The position numbers and the translations under genes were made by a program. From Chlorokybus atmophyticus (taxonomy: Eukaryota > Plantae > Mesostigma and Chlorokybus algae), in the NCBI GenBank assembly GCA_009103225.1, contig RHPI01002119.1, positions 1-64,000 on the forward strand: a stretch of 64,000 nucleotides of DNA. The letters run 5' to 3'. Under the pieces are notes generated by a model, which was given only the letters and a program-made list of their open reading frames with translations, made no database searches and was not told where the DNA came from. This document shows, in pieces, positions 62,801 through 64,000 of the stretch (position 1 is its first letter; every line of letters starts with the position of its first letter).

Positions 62801-64000
62801 ATCTTGATATTTCTCAATGATGTATGCAACACCTTCTGTATTTCCTGGCACAAAGTCGTCCGACGGCGTCCAGTGTACCAGAAAGGCCGGTGTGTTTTCG
62901 CGCAACGCACGTTTCACTTGCAGTGCAGTGAGTAGCGCTGGGTCGGGCTGCTTGTGGTCCAAGCTATGTGACCCGTTCACAGACAATGTTACACGCTTAC
63001 GACCTTTCTTTACTGCGTACAAGCGTGCGCCAGTATCCAACGTCATTTTGACATTCTCCTGCCATTCCTGACCTAATACCACATCAACACCTGATATGTC
63101 GATGGATACCACTATGAAAGTAAGAGTGGCATGATAATTACCAATCTTTATTTTCATTTTTATTTCCCCTTTCACTGGCAACGCACCCCCCGCACCGGTA
63201 GCTGAAAATGCAGAGGGTTTACACGCTATCTTGTTGCGCACAACCCATTGTTCCTCAACGAAATTGTGTGTTGCACCAGTGTCAATCAAAAACGAACTGT
63301 TTACCCCTTGCATTGTGCCACTAAATGTCCACAACAGAGGTACTACCCGTCCTTGAAATGTAGCAAAGAGTCCGTGACTAATGCGAGGGTTGAGTAAAAT
63401 TGCTGACAATCGCACTGTCCATGTTTCACGCTTGCTAAATTGCTTCGACACAGTTCCCCCTCGAGTGTATTTCAACCATGGGCCATGATATTTAGGCACC
63501 ATCACTACCACACTTAAGGTTCTGTGCTTACTTTGCAACTTGGTCAAAGTGTGCAACACATCGGTAAGCATGTTAAACTCCACATGTACCAACACACAAG
63601 CATTCTCTTCCACCTTTTTAACATCAAAAGGTGGCAACCTGTTATGTGCTTGCCATGCATGTGTCATTACATGCACTTGGGACAGCTTATTACACCAGTT
63701 TGCCACTAGTACAAGCAACTGGTTATCAACCACTTCTACATCAGTCACGGCGTAATCCTACTCAACTTTCTTGGCCTTGCCCTTCCCCTTAGTTGGGCAG
63801 TTCTTTGCGATGTGGCCAGGCTGATGACAGACGTAACAGGTGCGAGCAGCAGCAGGCATGGCACCACCAGCAGGTGCGCTTCTGGTAGAAGCACCAAATG
63901 CCTTCGCCTTTTTTGCCAGGTGTGCACTCGGATGAAAGAAACGCTTTCCTCCCACCCCTGGCGGCTTGGCCAAAACTGCCACATGTGACTTGTCCTGCAC
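59874..64000 (-). mobile_element. Degenerate chromovirus-type Ty3/gypsy retrotransposon internal region (gag end, protease, RT, RNase H, integrase, chromodomain); runs off the window
   Basis: Zinc knuckle CYVCHQPGHIAKNC (63797-63838), protease DTGATHNF, RT YLDDIIVFS, RNase H SDAS..TTEQELL..TDHNPL, integrase VSMDLITELP and RHYVSPNQSDW, GPF/Y module, chromodomain YEVEAILNHR..YLVK*KGY..NTWEPE. Stops at 62015, about 61197 and 60104, plus several frameshifts. Confidence 0.96.

Overview
Left end of a eukaryotic chromosome, starting in (CCCTAA)n (TTAGGG-type) telomere repeats. The plastid-targeted genes and flagellar dynein point to a flagellated green-lineage alga (inference; species not identifiable). 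The code is standard: TAG and TAA end intact genes. Order of contents: a zinc-finger-like spliced gene cut off by the telomere; a palindrome cluster; a 7-exon unknown gene with one in-frame TAG; a 53-bp tandem array; a decayed Ty3/gypsy pol fragment; a 14-exon secreted GSDH/PQQ-sugar-dehydrogenase-like + PKD + beta-sandwich gene with bacterial-type architecture; hemE; tRNA-Cys(GCA); inner-arm dynein heavy chain DHC1/DNAH10 (64 introns traced by hand); CCT8; an uncharacterised putative beta-barrel gene; a gamma-tubulin pseudogene; plastid cystathionine gamma-synthase; a small plastid membrane protein; a poly-G-flanked gap; and a degenerate chromovirus-type Ty3/gypsy element running off the right edge. 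Most unusual points: (1) the 346-bp 3' LTR is mostly a chain of nine hairpins, largely with 4-nt loops, including cUUCGg on the sense strand; (2) gag and pol are in frame, separated by one TAG, with a possible Dam-methyltransferase-like insert before the protease; (3) about 10% of traced introns have GC donors, and one needs an AT donor; (4) apparent telomere healing inside an intron. All exon models were traced by eye and are not computationally validated.
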